Below, in pieces: positions 1 through 10,000 of a stretch of DNA of 48,415 bases. Positions within the stretch are counted from its first letter, which is position 1, and each line of letters opens with the position of its first letter. Below the pieces are notes generated by a model. That model was not told the origin of the DNA. It did not search any database and saw nothing but the letters and a program-made list of their open reading frames with translations. The stretch covers positions 1 to 48,415 of the IMG/VR virus record IMGVR_UViG_3300045988_036789; one strand, given 5' to 3'. The DNA comes from a virus. The position numbers and the translations under genes are program-made.

Positions 1-986
1 AGCGCACCAGCACCACCGCCGGAAGTGTCGTGGAAACACGAACCCCGGAAAGGCAGTCTTTCGCCGTTGTTTCTTGCCCAAAATCTACCCGGCGTTGTCT
101 GCGCACTGTCTGGGAATAATCCTGCTGCAATTAAAATCTGCGGAATACTTACGCCGCTTGCTGCCTTTACGTCCTTGAAAGGCTGGCTTGTATCGTTGCT
201 GTCGGTTGTCTGTGTTGTAACTGACGTGTTAATGCGCAGTGTTGCGTCACTGGCGCTGGTTCTGTCAATCTTTAATGTTCCAACTGTTCCCGGTGCAACA
301 AGTGTGCCGTCCGGCTTAATTGCTTTCCACTCTGTACTATTTGCACCCATGTTGCAATCAGACTTCATGGCGTTTCCGTATGGTATAATCTGGATTTCAC
401 CATCTACGCAGCGCAGACCAGATACCCACTCCCAGCAGTTGCCGCAAAGGTCAGCAATTCCAGCCGGGCTGCCGTCGTGGTTCCAAGTTACCGGACCAGA
501 ACCAGTTGCAGTTCTGCCGCCGCCGTGTGAACCATCAATATATGTGTTGATACCCTTTTCATAGCCCTTTTCATAGCTTCTGTCCCAGTTTGTGTTTCCA
601 CGGGGCGTGAAGCCATTTTTCATGCACCAAAGGTTGATTGCGGCAAATACGCCGTTCTGGTTAAGGTGCCAGCCCTCACCCTTTCTGCGGCATACTGCAA
701 GTGCTGTGTCAAAGTCAATGTATGCTTTAGGGTCTTTCAGTGCTAAAGAGTATGCACGGTCATTGACTACGGTGTTAATGTACTTAGACACCCAGATAAC
801 TTCTTTCTCTACCCCGTCAATTTTCCACCACGGCAATACTTCCTGTGTGCCGCCTGTGATTAAGTCGGAATATTTCATTTTTGGAATACCCACCATAATT
901 GACGGCATACCCAAATCATCAAACTTTACTGCATTGTTGCCGCCAAAGGAAGCAACCGCCATGCTTAAATCATCAAAATTAGACAT
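1..986 (-). CDS. DGR target protein 2 (variable FGE-sulfatase/C-type-lectin-fold protein), 5' 986 nt of a 1,053-nt CDS that continues into 48360..48294
   Basis: Own minus-strand translation is open from ATG at 986..984 (GGAGGT RBS at 1002..997) to position 1: MSNFDDLSMAVASFGG...CRRKGEGWHL...LCGNCWEWVSGL...LPFRGSCFHDTSGGGAGAL. It is a paralogue of 35529..36551. It is missing from the ORF track because it runs off the window edge. Confidence 0.85.
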   Translation of the reverse strand, partial: MSNFDDLSMAVASFGGNNAVKFDDLGMPSIMVGIPKMKYSDLITGGTQEVLPWWKIDGVEKEVIWVSKYINTVVNDRAYSLALKDPKAYIDFDTALAVCRRKGEGWHLNQNGVFAAINLWCMKNGFTPRGNTNWDRSYEKGYEKGINTYIDGSHGGGRTATGSGPVTWNHDGSPAGIADLCGNCWEWVSGLRCVDGEIQIIPYGNAMKSDCNMGANSTEWKAIKPDGTLVAPGTVGTLKIDRTSASDATLRINTSVTTQTTDSNDTSQPFKDVKAASGVSIPQILIAAGLFPDSAQTTPGRFWARNNGERLPFRGSCFHDTSGGGAGA

Positions 987-992
987 AATGTT

Positions 993-1346
993 TTATACCT
1001 CCAATCCCCAAAGAATAAGTGTGCAAAGCGACATATCAAACGGAATAGGCACCGGGATTTCCTTTGGTTCTCCGTTTTCGTCCTCTCCGTCTTCGATAAC
1101 GTCATAACGTCTGGCAGGAATAACAATCTGCGCAGCGTACTTCTGCGCCTTGCCGCCAGTTCCAATCACCACGCCGTCTTCTTCGTCAATGCAAATGTCC
1201 AGTGATACTTCATAATCTCTTTCACGGCTTGCAAGGTTGATTGTCAATTCGTCGTCACCAAAAGTGATTTTTTTACCGCCAGACAACGCATATTCAATGT
1301 GTGTGCCCGGCGTCTTCTCAACTACGTTGATTTTATTAGTAGCCAT
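993..1346 (-). CDS. hypothetical protein (117 aa) between tail fibre and DGR target
   Basis: Inner start MATNKINVVEK preceded by GGAGGT. The stop lies 7 nt before the DGR target start. Confidence 0.55.
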   Translation of the reverse strand: MATNKINVVEKTPGTHIEYALSGGKKITFGDDELTINLASRERDYEVSLDICIDEEDGVVIGTGGKAQKYAAQIVIPARRYDVIEDGEDENGEPKEIPVPIPFDMSLCTLILWGLEV

Positions 1347-1521
1347 AATACTTTCTACCTCCATTCTGATTTCTTGCAACTTCACTGCTTCTTGCTGCGA
1401 TAACTTCCGCTGCTTCTCTCTGGGCTGCCGTTCCGCTGCCCTGTACGCCAAAAGAACGCATTACAGCTTCTTCATGCTGTCTGCGTTCCTCTGTCTTAAT
1501 AATCACGCCTGCTGCCATCAA
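1336..1521 (-). CDS. small hypothetical protein (61 aa)
   Basis: ORF track. Its start overlaps the upstream stop and its stop overlaps the downstream start, which suggests translational coupling. Confidence 0.4.
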   Translation of the reverse strand: MMAAGVIIKTEERRQHEEAVMRSFGVQGSGTAAQREAAEVIAARSSEVARNQNGGRKYYGY

Positions 1522-2012
1522 TAAAACCCGCCTTTCACATAGATTTTTACTGTCACGCTTTTTGCGCTTCCTGTGTGTGCCATCTTAAAACCATTCAGCA
1601 ACTTGTCTGAAATAACAATGTCACCCGGAAAACCGCCCGTATAGTCCACAATTTCTGCGTCCACGGTGTAGTCCATGTGGTTTCTTTCTGTCGCCAGTGC
1701 CACGGACTGTTGGGAATTATTGAACGGGTATGACTGCGTATTTTTCAAAGTCACTGTCTTTGTTTCGCCCTGCAAGTCTGCTATTGCCTGCTGGTGATGA
1801 ACCGCTGAAAGTGCCATAAGCGCTGCCACCTCTGTTGCGTTTGAAATTCCATTTTCCATGTGGTTGAAATTGGTTGCGTTCTGCGGCGTTCCCTGCTGGA
1901 TAATTTCGCCCTCAACTGGTGTGTGGGTGATTGTTCCATCATCATTCCTGCTTTCCGTGTATCTGTCTTCAAATTCAGTTACATGGTCCTGCCACAAAGT
2001 CTGTTCGTACAT
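1518..2012 (-). CDS. short tail fibre-like protein
   Basis: N-terminus GTPQNATNFNHMENGI resembles the conserved tail-fibre/collar motif. It sits distal to the baseplate gpJ/gpI genes. Confidence 0.55.
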   Translation of the reverse strand: MYEQTLWQDHVTEFEDRYTESRNDDGTITHTPVEGEIIQQGTPQNATNFNHMENGISNATEVAALMALSAVHHQQAIADLQGETKTVTLKNTQSYPFNNSQQSVALATERNHMDYTVDAEIVDYTGGFPGDIVISDKLLNGFKMAHTGSAKSVTVKIYVKGGFY

Positions 2013-2015
2013 CTG

Positions 2016-2327
2016 TTACACCTCCTTTTCTGTGAAATCAAATGTAAAACGGTATAACACGCCCTCTTGCACATTCTTCAAAGGAATGTTCACCGCTTTG
2101 TCTGCCCACAACTTATTGTTTTTGTTGTAAAGCTGCACCCGCTGCACAGTAGCGATTCCGCTTACCTGCGGGGTAATCTGCACATATACAGCAACCCTGC
2201 CGTCTTTTAGGCGTTCCCTGCGGTGTATCACCTTTTTTTCAGAAACGCCGTTGACCGTTACTTTTGCATAGGCAATGATGTTGTCAATGAAATCTTTGAA
2301 ATCATTGATTGCGTCTGTTGTCAACAT
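2016..2327 (-). CDS. hypothetical tail-module protein (103 aa)
   Basis: ORF track, tight spacing within the tail operon. Confidence 0.55.
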   Translation of the reverse strand: MLTTDAINDFKDFIDNIIAYAKVTVNGVSEKKVIHRRERLKDGRVAVYVQITPQVSGIATVQRVQLYNKNNKLWADKAVNIPLKNVQEGVLYRFTFDFTEKEV

Positions 2328-2343
2328 GGCTTTTCACCTCCTT

Positions 2344-3345
2344 TTATAGCTTCCGGGTGCTTCCACACGGCTTGACGCCGTATGAATACCCCATTGCCTG
2401 CGTGTTGGTTCCCACGGTGCCGCCCTGTGTCTTCTGCACCGTGCTTCTTTCTGGGACGGTTCCTGTTGCCGGAACCGTGAAGCTGTATGCTTCCACCGTG
2501 TCAGCCATTGTGACTGCTGCCCCGTCTGTTTGCCCTCTGGTGTTCCTCTGCGGCTCTTCTCCGGCTCTTATTCGTCCGGCTGGTGTATTTGTATACCCAA
2601 ACACGTTCAATGCCGTGTCTGCGTCAATATGCGCCGCCTGCTGCGCAAATACAGTGCTTCTATATGGCACCGTGCCTGCTGCTGGTGCTGTGAATATAAA
2701 CCCGGCTGCTTCTGTACCCACAATGAATGTGTCCGCACCTATGCCGCCCCTTGTGTTCCTTTGCGGGTGTGTTCCGGCTTTTAATCTTCCGGTCATTGGT
2801 GTTTTATACTTGAAATACTCACCGTGGGTGTATATGACCCCGTGGACTTGTCCTTGATAGGTTAATTCGTCCATGTGTGCTGATAATCTCTTGTACATTT
2901 TCACCGCCCGGATAATAGCTGCATAATCTGCCGTGATTTTCTGGTTTGTCACGTCAAGAATAATATGAAAGTGTCCGGGTTCTCCCTCATACTGGAACCA
3001 CTCTTCAACCTCGCTTTCTGGAAATAAGCTGCCCAGTGCTGTTTCAATGGCGTATTTCGTACCCATCTTCTTATGAACCTTGACACTGTTTTTCACTAAA
3101 TCCCGTTTTGCTTCCAGCGGGTAATTGTAGTCGTACCAGTCAACGTGCATATCGTATGCCAGAATGTCCACCAGTTCTTCCGGCAGCTCGTCAAATCTGG
3201 AATAAATCAAAACTGTGTCCATTATCCCGGAAGTGTCCAGAAGTGCTGCTGCTGTGGCGTTTGCCAATGCAACCATTTTGTGGTCTTTTTTTAGTGCTTC
3301 TGGCAGGCAGTCTGAATAGTCGGCATTGTAAATTGTATTAGACAT
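2344..3345 (-). CDS. baseplate/tail protein I-like (P2 gpI family) with C-terminal ~72-aa tandem repeat
   Basis: N-terminal half (LPEALKKD...DILAYDMHVDWYD...KRDLVKNSVKVHKKMGTKYAIE) is gpI-like. Start MSNTIYN follows GGAGGT. It lies downstream of gpJ. Confidence 0.65.
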   Translation of the reverse strand: MSNTIYNADYSDCLPEALKKDHKMVALANATAAALLDTSGIMDTVLIYSRFDELPEELVDILAYDMHVDWYDYNYPLEAKRDLVKNSVKVHKKMGTKYAIETALGSLFPESEVEEWFQYEGEPGHFHIILDVTNQKITADYAAIIRAVKMYKRLSAHMDELTYQGQVHGVIYTHGEYFKYKTPMTGRLKAGTHPQRNTRGGIGADTFIVGTEAAGFIFTAPAAGTVPYRSTVFAQQAAHIDADTALNVFGYTNTPAGRIRAGEEPQRNTRGQTDGAAVTMADTVEAYSFTVPATGTVPERSTVQKTQGGTVGTNTQAMGYSYGVKPCGSTRKL

Positions 3346-4480
3346 TTTCAATACCTCCATTCAGAATGTTTTGATTTCCCAGTTTCGCAACCTTTATATC
3401 ATCAACCACCGCAAATGCTGGCTTTCTGACTTCAACACGTTTCACGCCTGCTTCCATCAGCTTTGCTGTAAGATATGACGGGTTAATGTCACGCCCCATC
3501 TTGCTTGTTTGCCACTCCACGTACTCTTCAACCGCCTGTTTTGCCGCCGCTGCAATTACCGTGGCGCTTGCTGCGTCCGGTTGTGGAATGTAAAAGGTCA
3601 CGTCAATGTCAAATGGTACTGTTTCCGGCACTGATACTGTCACTATATCTGTCAGCGGTCGAACGTCAGAAGCGTTCAGCGCTGTTTCAATTTCTTTCAG
3701 AACTGCTTCTGTTGCCTGCTGTCCTTTCTGCAAAAGCACCCGGACGTCTACCACGCAGGCTTCCGGGCTTGTCACTGCCACGTCTGCCACTGCTGGTGAC
3801 ACAGACTTTGTAAAATAGATATATCCGTTGATAGGTCCAGCCGTGCTGAAACTCTCCATACTCTCACGCATACGCTCATAATAGCTGGCGTCGTCCTCTT
3901 CTTCCGCTCCACCGCTTGTGGCTGTTATGTTCTCCGCTTTCTGGTAGTAGTCGTATAAGTCAACCAGTTCTTTGACCTGCCCCGCTGCCAGATTGTTTCC
4001 AACCTCTCCGGCAGTAGTACAAACGCCCTCAACGTCCCCGTATGTCTGCCCGGCTTTGATTTCCAGATTTTCTTTTGTTTCAAACAGAATTGCACCGTCA
4101 AAAGAAATTCTGGTGCCCGCAGGAATAATCACTGATTGTGCCTGCGCCTGTGATATGTAAAAGCGGAACATTGCGGACGCCGGACTTGCTGGCAATCTTT
4201 CCAAATCCTTGAATAATTCTGCCAAGCTGTCCAAGTATTCACCGTCCGCATATCGTGGCACGTTCTTTTTTGCTGTTTCATTGATTATGACACGCTGTTG
4301 CACAATGATATTTGCAACCCATGATATGAAAAGTCTTTCCGGTGACGCTGGGTACACTTTGTAGCGTTCACGCCCCGGCACCTGCTGCACAAAGTTTTCA
4401 TATAGCGCAATCAAGTTACTTTCTATGGTTTCCGTGTCCGTTTCCACAAAATCAACGTCCGGGTATTTTCTGTCACTCAT
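3338..4480 (-). CDS. baseplate J-like protein
   Basis: 380 aa, located between the gpW/gp25-like and gpI-like genes. Order and size match the P2 gpJ family. Confidence 0.75.
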   Translation of the reverse strand: MSDRKYPDVDFVETDTETIESNLIALYENFVQQVPGRERYKVYPASPERLFISWVANIIVQQRVIINETAKKNVPRYADGEYLDSLAELFKDLERLPASPASAMFRFYISQAQAQSVIIPAGTRISFDGAILFETKENLEIKAGQTYGDVEGVCTTAGEVGNNLAAGQVKELVDLYDYYQKAENITATSGGAEEEDDASYYERMRESMESFSTAGPINGYIYFTKSVSPAVADVAVTSPEACVVDVRVLLQKGQQATEAVLKEIETALNASDVRPLTDIVTVSVPETVPFDIDVTFYIPQPDAASATVIAAAAKQAVEEYVEWQTSKMGRDINPSYLTAKLMEAGVKRVEVRKPAFAVVDDIKVAKLGNQNILNGGIENV

Positions 4481-4799
4481 CTTCTGTCACCTCCTCCAAA
4501 TAGATAATAGGTATTGTGCGCCCTGTGGCTGCGTCGTGTTCAAACTGAATGTCTGCCACCCGTGCCCGTGGTTCAAATTCTTCTATCTGGTCATATAAGT
4601 AACCAACCATTATATTTTCAACCACTGGCTGCGGTCTTCCGTACAAACTGCCCGGCAATCCAAAATCACGGAACATAGGGCAGGACCCCTGCACTGTGTC
4701 CAGAATAACTGCTATATTCTGCAAGACGGCTTGATGTACGTTTGCTGGTGCAAGGTCAATTTCTTTCAGCAAACTTCCGTCACCTCTTATCACGTCCAT
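4473..4799 (-). CDS. baseplate wedge protein (gpW/gp25-like)
   Basis: 108 aa. Position is upstream of gpJ with an overlapping stop/start. Confidence 0.7.
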   Translation of the reverse strand: MDVIRGDGSLLKEIDLAPANVHQAVLQNIAVILDTVQGSCPMFRDFGLPGSLYGRPQPVVENIMVGYLYDQIEEFEPRARVADIQFEHDAATGRTIPIIYLEEVTEDE

Positions 4800-4805
4800 G
4801 CTTTG

Positions 4806-5207
4806 TCACCTCTTTGGATATTCTTTCAATGTTACGTCTGCCGTGGCAGCCCAGCAGTTGCCCGCATTGTCATATTTGCTCAAAGTGTTGCTAATGCCTG
4901 TTATAACCCACTTATAAGACCCGTATTTTCTGCCGCCCAGAACCAGCGTTGAAATTTCGCCGTTATGGCACATTTTGTTCAGCTTCTTGACTTCGTTTAA
5001 TGGGTTTACTCCGTGAAAAACACTAAATGCCATCTTGAAACTGATTGCGTCCGGCTCCGGTCCTAAAAACTCCAATACGTCCCGTTTGATATGCCTGTCG
5101 TGTGTCGCATACTTTGAAGACACTTTCCAGCTTAGTTCATCAAACGTGCGCACCGTATTTTCTGATACTGAAAAAACCAGATTTCCCAGACTTCCTATTT
5201 TTGCCAT
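4806..5207 (-). CDS. phage tail protein (possibly P2 gpU-like)
   Basis: 133 aa in the baseplate cluster. The family assignment is tentative. Confidence 0.45.
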   Translation of the reverse strand: MAKIGSLGNLVFSVSENTVRTFDELSWKVSSKYATHDRHIKRDVLEFLGPEPDAISFKMAFSVFHGVNPLNEVKKLNKMCHNGEISTLVLGGRKYGSYKWVITGISNTLSKYDNAGNCWAATADVTLKEYPKR

Positions 5208-5210
5208 GCG

Positions 5211-5561
5211 CTACACCTCCCCAATAATGAACCCGTCACCGTCACCATCTGGAAGCATTATGCAAAGCACCATATCATTGACGCCCGGAACCCATGCGGA
5301 CACAAAGGCTTCATGGCTATGGCTTACTTTCTTTAGCAGTTCGCCGCCGTAGTCGTATTTCAGTTCTGTTTTTGCCGTCTGTCCCTCTGTCCCGCTTTCC
5401 ATTGCTGGCAGGACGTACACCGGGCGTTTGATAATGTGCAAATCGCCGGACGTTATGCCGCCTTTATCTTTGAACTTCACACGGGCTGTCATTTTTTTGG
5501 CGTCTACACTCTGCACCGTTCCAATTCTTATGGTGTTTTTCATTTCTGTTAAGTCTGCCAT
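5211..5561 (-). CDS. baseplate spike/assembly protein (gpV-like)
   Basis: 116 aa; N-terminus IRIGTVQSVDAKKMTARVKF resembles the gpV OB-fold; lies after the gpD-like gene. Confidence 0.55.
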   Translation of the reverse strand: MADLTEMKNTIRIGTVQSVDAKKMTARVKFKDKGGITSGDLHIIKRPVYVLPAMESGTEGQTAKTELKYDYGGELLKKVSHSHEAFVSAWVPGVNDMVLCIMLPDGDGDGFIIGEV

Positions 5562-6860
5562 TTAATAGCCCTCCAATACCTGTTTTAATTCAATCTGTGT
5601 GGTATAACCTCCGGTCAATTTATGTGTGGCTTTGGTTATTTTGTACTTACGGTCAAACTGCTGGAAGCCCTTTAATTTGACTGTTGCGCCAGCCACCAAC
5701 TGCACGTCACCAAGCATGGTGAAACTGGCTGTGAACTGCTGTGTATTCTTTTCACGCAGCCGTTTTTTTGCCAGTTCGTATGCTTCACTTGTGCTGCTCA
5801 CCTTTTCGTTGACTTCAAGTTTCTGTCCGGTTCCCTCCGTGCTATCTGCCGTGTATGTGCTTTCAATGGTTTCTTTGCTGTCCGGGTCTGTATATGAAAC
5901 ATGGCAGCTGGTGTATGCTGTATCATGCAGGCTGGTTCCCAGCTTGTATGAAATATAATCACCGCTGCCATATTTTATAGTTTTGATAGGGGGCTTGCTG
6001 TCGTACTCTTCGGCGTCATAAATAACAATATTTAATGTGGTTACTTTCAGCGCCAGTCCTGCTGCTTTGCATAGTTTCTGTAAGAAAACAATATCTGACG
6101 TTTGCACCTGTTCTTTTCGCTTGTACTTCGGTACGTTTGCTGCAAGATACATCATTTTCAAACTGCTTTCTTTCGCTACCTGCCCGGCAATCACTTTCAA
6201 ATCCGTGTTTTCCCACGCCCTTGATTTTCTTTCAACCCTCAATGTTGATGTATAAGGAATTGAAGTGCCTTTCAGCGTGATTTTCGTTGGCGGTCCGCTG
6301 GCGTCTACGCTGTCCAGTTCAAAGGTTCCGCAGTCAAGCACTGCGTCTTTTCCGTTGTCGTGCCAGTTCTTCTGCACAATCGTTGCTGAAATCAACTTCG
6401 GGTCTGATACTTTCTTTGTGGTTTCCTTTGTTTCTGTCACTGTCTGCGTCGCTGTGCCGCCTGTTGTGATTTTGAAAACCTGCCCCGGATAAATCAAGTT
6501 AGGGTTTTTAATATTGTTTTCAGAAGCAATCTGCGGGTATTTCGTACCACTCCCCAGATACTTTTTGGCAATAGCCCAAAGGGTATCACCTTTCTTTACA
6601 ACATAATTGACAGTTGCCGCAGTTTCTACCTGCTTTTGCACTGTCGTTGTGGTCTTGATATACGTTGGCTTTACTTCCAGCCAACTTCCCAGCCACTTTC
6701 TTTCTCTATCATCAAACGCAAGCTGCAAGTCGTCTGCGTTGTCTTCTTCTTCATCAGTGAAAGTAAGGCTGCTTAAATATTTGTTAATGTCTGCCGGAAC
6801 TTTTACGTTTTGAAACTTCAAGCGCAGTTCCACCCGGCGTGCCATGTTTTTATCACTCAC
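5562..6860 (-). CDS. late control gene D-like tail protein with internal LysM domain
   Basis: 432 aa. LysM motif YVVKKGDTLWAIAKKYLG...IKNPNLIYPGQVFKI. Position is after the tape measure and gpX. Confidence 0.7.
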   Translation of the reverse strand: MSDKNMARRVELRLKFQNVKVPADINKYLSSLTFTDEEEDNADDLQLAFDDRERKWLGSWLEVKPTYIKTTTTVQKQVETAATVNYVVKKGDTLWAIAKKYLGSGTKYPQIASENNIKNPNLIYPGQVFKITTGGTATQTVTETKETTKKVSDPKLISATIVQKNWHDNGKDAVLDCGTFELDSVDASGPPTKITLKGTSIPYTSTLRVERKSRAWENTDLKVIAGQVAKESSLKMMYLAANVPKYKRKEQVQTSDIVFLQKLCKAAGLALKVTTLNIVIYDAEEYDSKPPIKTIKYGSGDYISYKLGTSLHDTAYTSCHVSYTDPDSKETIESTYTADSTEGTGQKLEVNEKVSSTSEAYELAKKRLREKNTQQFTASFTMLGDVQLVAGATVKLKGFQQFDRKYKITKATHKLTGGYTTQIELKQVLEGY

Positions 6861-6861
6861 G

Positions 6862-7077
6862 CTACGTCAGCAACCCCCTTTTCCATGGTGGCAATTCCAA
6901 GTCTTCTTCGTCTTCCACCTCCGGGATTGTTAATACAACCCCGGCTGGGAAAACGTAGGTGCTGGCGTACTTGACATTAGCTTTCATCAGTTTGTCTGTG
7001 TGCAGGGCGCTTCCCATCTGTTCAAATGCGATTTTGTCCCACATATCCCCAGAAATTGTTGTATAGCTTTTAGTCAT
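6862..7077 (-). CDS. tail protein X-like (LysM-like)
   Basis: Inner start MTKSYTTISGDMWDKIAF overlaps the tape-measure stop; P2 gpX-like size and position. Confidence 0.6.
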   Translation of the reverse strand: MTKSYTTISGDMWDKIAFEQMGSALHTDKLMKANVKYASTYVFPAGVVLTIPEVEDEEDLELPPWKRGLLT

Positions 7078-10000
7078 ATTTCTGCCGCTTCTCCTTGTCC
7101 TCTTTTTCGTCCAACAAGTCTTCAACGTCACGCAGCAACTTTCTGTTGTTCTCTTCCAGTTTTGCGTCCAAGTCTTCTGGCTTGTCCCCGTTGATAACGA
7201 TTGTCGGACTGTTGTTGATAGTTACATTGTTTGCACTTCCACCGCCGCTTCCCGCGCCCGCTGTTACCTCTGGCGCTGTGTTGTAGTTGTTCACCGTCTG
7301 CGGTGTTGTTGTGGTCTGTGCTGCTGTTGGCGCTACTGCTGCCGCTGTTGTGGCTGCCGTATTCTGTGCAGCCAGAATGTTTCTTGTCTGGTCTGCTGTA
7401 AACACCGTGCGCCCCGGTGCGTTCGTGATTAACTCTGGTCCCGCTTCACCAGCAATGAACGTGTCTGGTGTATTTTTGGAACCTTTCGCCAGCATAGGTA
7501 TTTCAGATATGTTTATACCCTTTCCACCTACGCCCGGCACCCAGTCTGGCACTTTTACTTTGTTCAATCCACGTATAACCGTGTTGACCGCAGATATAAT
7601 GCCGTTGATAACTCCCGTACACACTGACTTGATACCCTGCCAAATTCCAGAAAATATTTGCTTTATGCCCTCCCAAGCCTGCCGCCAGTTCCCGGAAAAT
7701 ACACCAGTTATGAAAGTGATAATTCCATTCAGTACGGTTGCAATTCCAGAAATTACACCGGAAATTGCTTGAACTCCGCTTTGTACGATAGACTGGATTG
7801 TTGGCATTGCAAATTGTATTGCTGCTAAAATTCCTTGAATTATTGGTGAAACTATGTTCCAGATTGTCGTCAGTGCTGTTTGTATCGCAGGTAAAAGCGT
7901 TTGCAATACGTTTGTCACCACTGGCAAAATTGCTTGAATTGCTGCGGAAATTGCCGGAAGCACCGTGCTACAAATAAAGCTGAATAATTCTGAAATAATC
8001 GGCAAAACATAAGTTGAAATGAATGTGATTATTTCTGAAATAATCGGCATAAGACCAGCAATGAAGCTTCCTATCACTGGAATAATTGCACCGATAAAAT
8101 CAGCAATGCTTTGTATAATCTGCATAATGGTTGGGGCTGCCGCTTGAATAAAACTAACAATCCCCGGTATTACCTGTGTAACAATTACCTGCAATACCTG
8201 TTCTGCAACTGGTACAACGTATGTGGTTATAAAGCCCACAACCTCTGAAACTGCGTTCTTGACTGTTCCCAGTACATTTACGAACGTGTCAAAGACTGCT
8301 GCGCCTTTATCTCCGAACAACTCTTGTATCTTGTCACGGGCTGCACCTATGTTCCCATCAGAAAACACATTCTTTATGGTGTCGCCTATGTTGGTAATGA
8401 CTGAAACAATCTTGTCAAAGACTGCCAGTGCTTCATCACCGAAAGTCCGCTGTATAAATCCCCTTATCTCTTCAAGATGGTTCTTTACAAGCTGTATTAC
8501 TGTAATAATTGTTGTGATAACGCCCACAACTGGCAGTATCTTTCCTGCAATACCTCCAAGCGGTCCCAGTGCTGTTTTTGCAAGGTTTCCAATAGGACCC
8601 AGCACCGTTTTTACCGCATTTCCCAGCGGTGCAATCAGTGTTGTTGCCTTGCTAAATGCTCCGGTAATTCCCTTTGTTATGAAGCCGCCTACTTTTCCAA
8701 GTGGGCTGTTTGCAATCGCACTGCCTACCGTTCCAAGTATCGGACCCAGCTTGCCGCCAATTAGTGAAAATGGTTTCAGCATAAGTCCCAGCATTTTTGT
8801 CCCGGCTCCTGTCAATGCTCCGCTTGCTTTTCCTGCAATTCCTAAAAAGCCGCTGACAATGGACTGCTTCACGCCGCCCATAAAGCCTGTTACTGCTCCA
8901 ATAACTCTGTTGCCACTGAATATATTACCTATTACAGAACCTACGCCGCCCATAGCGCCTTTTACATTGCCAAAATATGACAATATACCGCTTCCGGCTG
9001 TTTTCAGCTTTTCCGCAAAACTTACGCTTGTTGCTGCGTTTTCAATAAATCCGGCACGCAGTCCCACCAGCTTTTTTGCCAGTGACAATATGCCGTCTTG
9101 CGCTGATAATGTAACCAGCTTTGTTGTCAACATTCCCACTTTCAATGCTGCCAGCCCCGCTGCTACCTTTAGGGCTGTTTGCACTAATTTTGGGTTTGCT
9201 GCTGCAAATTCTGAAACTTTAGTGACCACAACCGCCACTTTGTCTGCCAGATTTCCGACAATCGGCAGTAAGTTTTGACCAAGAACAATACCCAAGTTTG
9301 CTATACTGTTCTTTGCCTTTTCCATTTTGGCTTCTGTGGTGTCTTCCATTTTGGCAAATGCGCTGTCTGTTGCCCCAACGCTGTTTACCATGTCTTGTAC
9401 GCTTGAATTGAAGCCGTCAACTCCGTTTGACAGAAGCGACATTGCCGCTTTTCCGGCTTCTGAACTGCTGAACATATCAGATAGGGCAAGACCAGACTTG
9501 CTGGCTTCTTCCTGTATACCTCCCAGAATTTCCCCAAGTGATTTACCGCTTGCCATCAATTCTGCAAAGCTGCCGCCCATCTTCTGCCGCAATAGCTTGT
9601 CTGTCGTACTTCCAGACTTTGACAACTCATTTAACATACTGTTCATGTATGTTGTCGTTTCTGCGGCTGCAATACCTTTGCTGGTCATTATTGCATATCC
9701 GGCGCATAACTGTTCCAGCGAAACATTGCTGGCGTTTGCAGTCGGTATGATTTTACCCATACTGCTTGCCAGTTCTCCTACTGTCACTTTACCTTTGTTC
9801 TGCGTCTGTACCAGCATATCTGATACTGTGCTTACTTTGTCCGCACTCATGCCGTATGCGTTCAATACGGTTGTTAATACGTCCAGCGTTTGCGAACTTT
9901 CCGCAAATCCGGCTTTTGCTAACTTCGTACTGTTTGTAACAAAGTTTACGGCGTCACCTGTCTTCTGCCCGGCAGATATAGCGTTGTACACATCATCAGC

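Noticed and set aside
1-55. The terminal 55-bp direct repeat could be phage direct terminal repeats or att sites.
   Set aside because: It lies inside a continuous reading frame (DGR target 2) and is exactly a common assembler k-mer length. It ends at the edge of the TR/VR homology. A circular-contig overlap is the simpler explanation.
25-1107. Plus-strand ORFs 25..564 (179 aa) and 592..1107 (171 aa).
   Set aside because: They are antisense to the intact minus-strand DGR target CDS, which has an RBS, a paralogue and a VR. Their translations are low-complexity and have no RBS.
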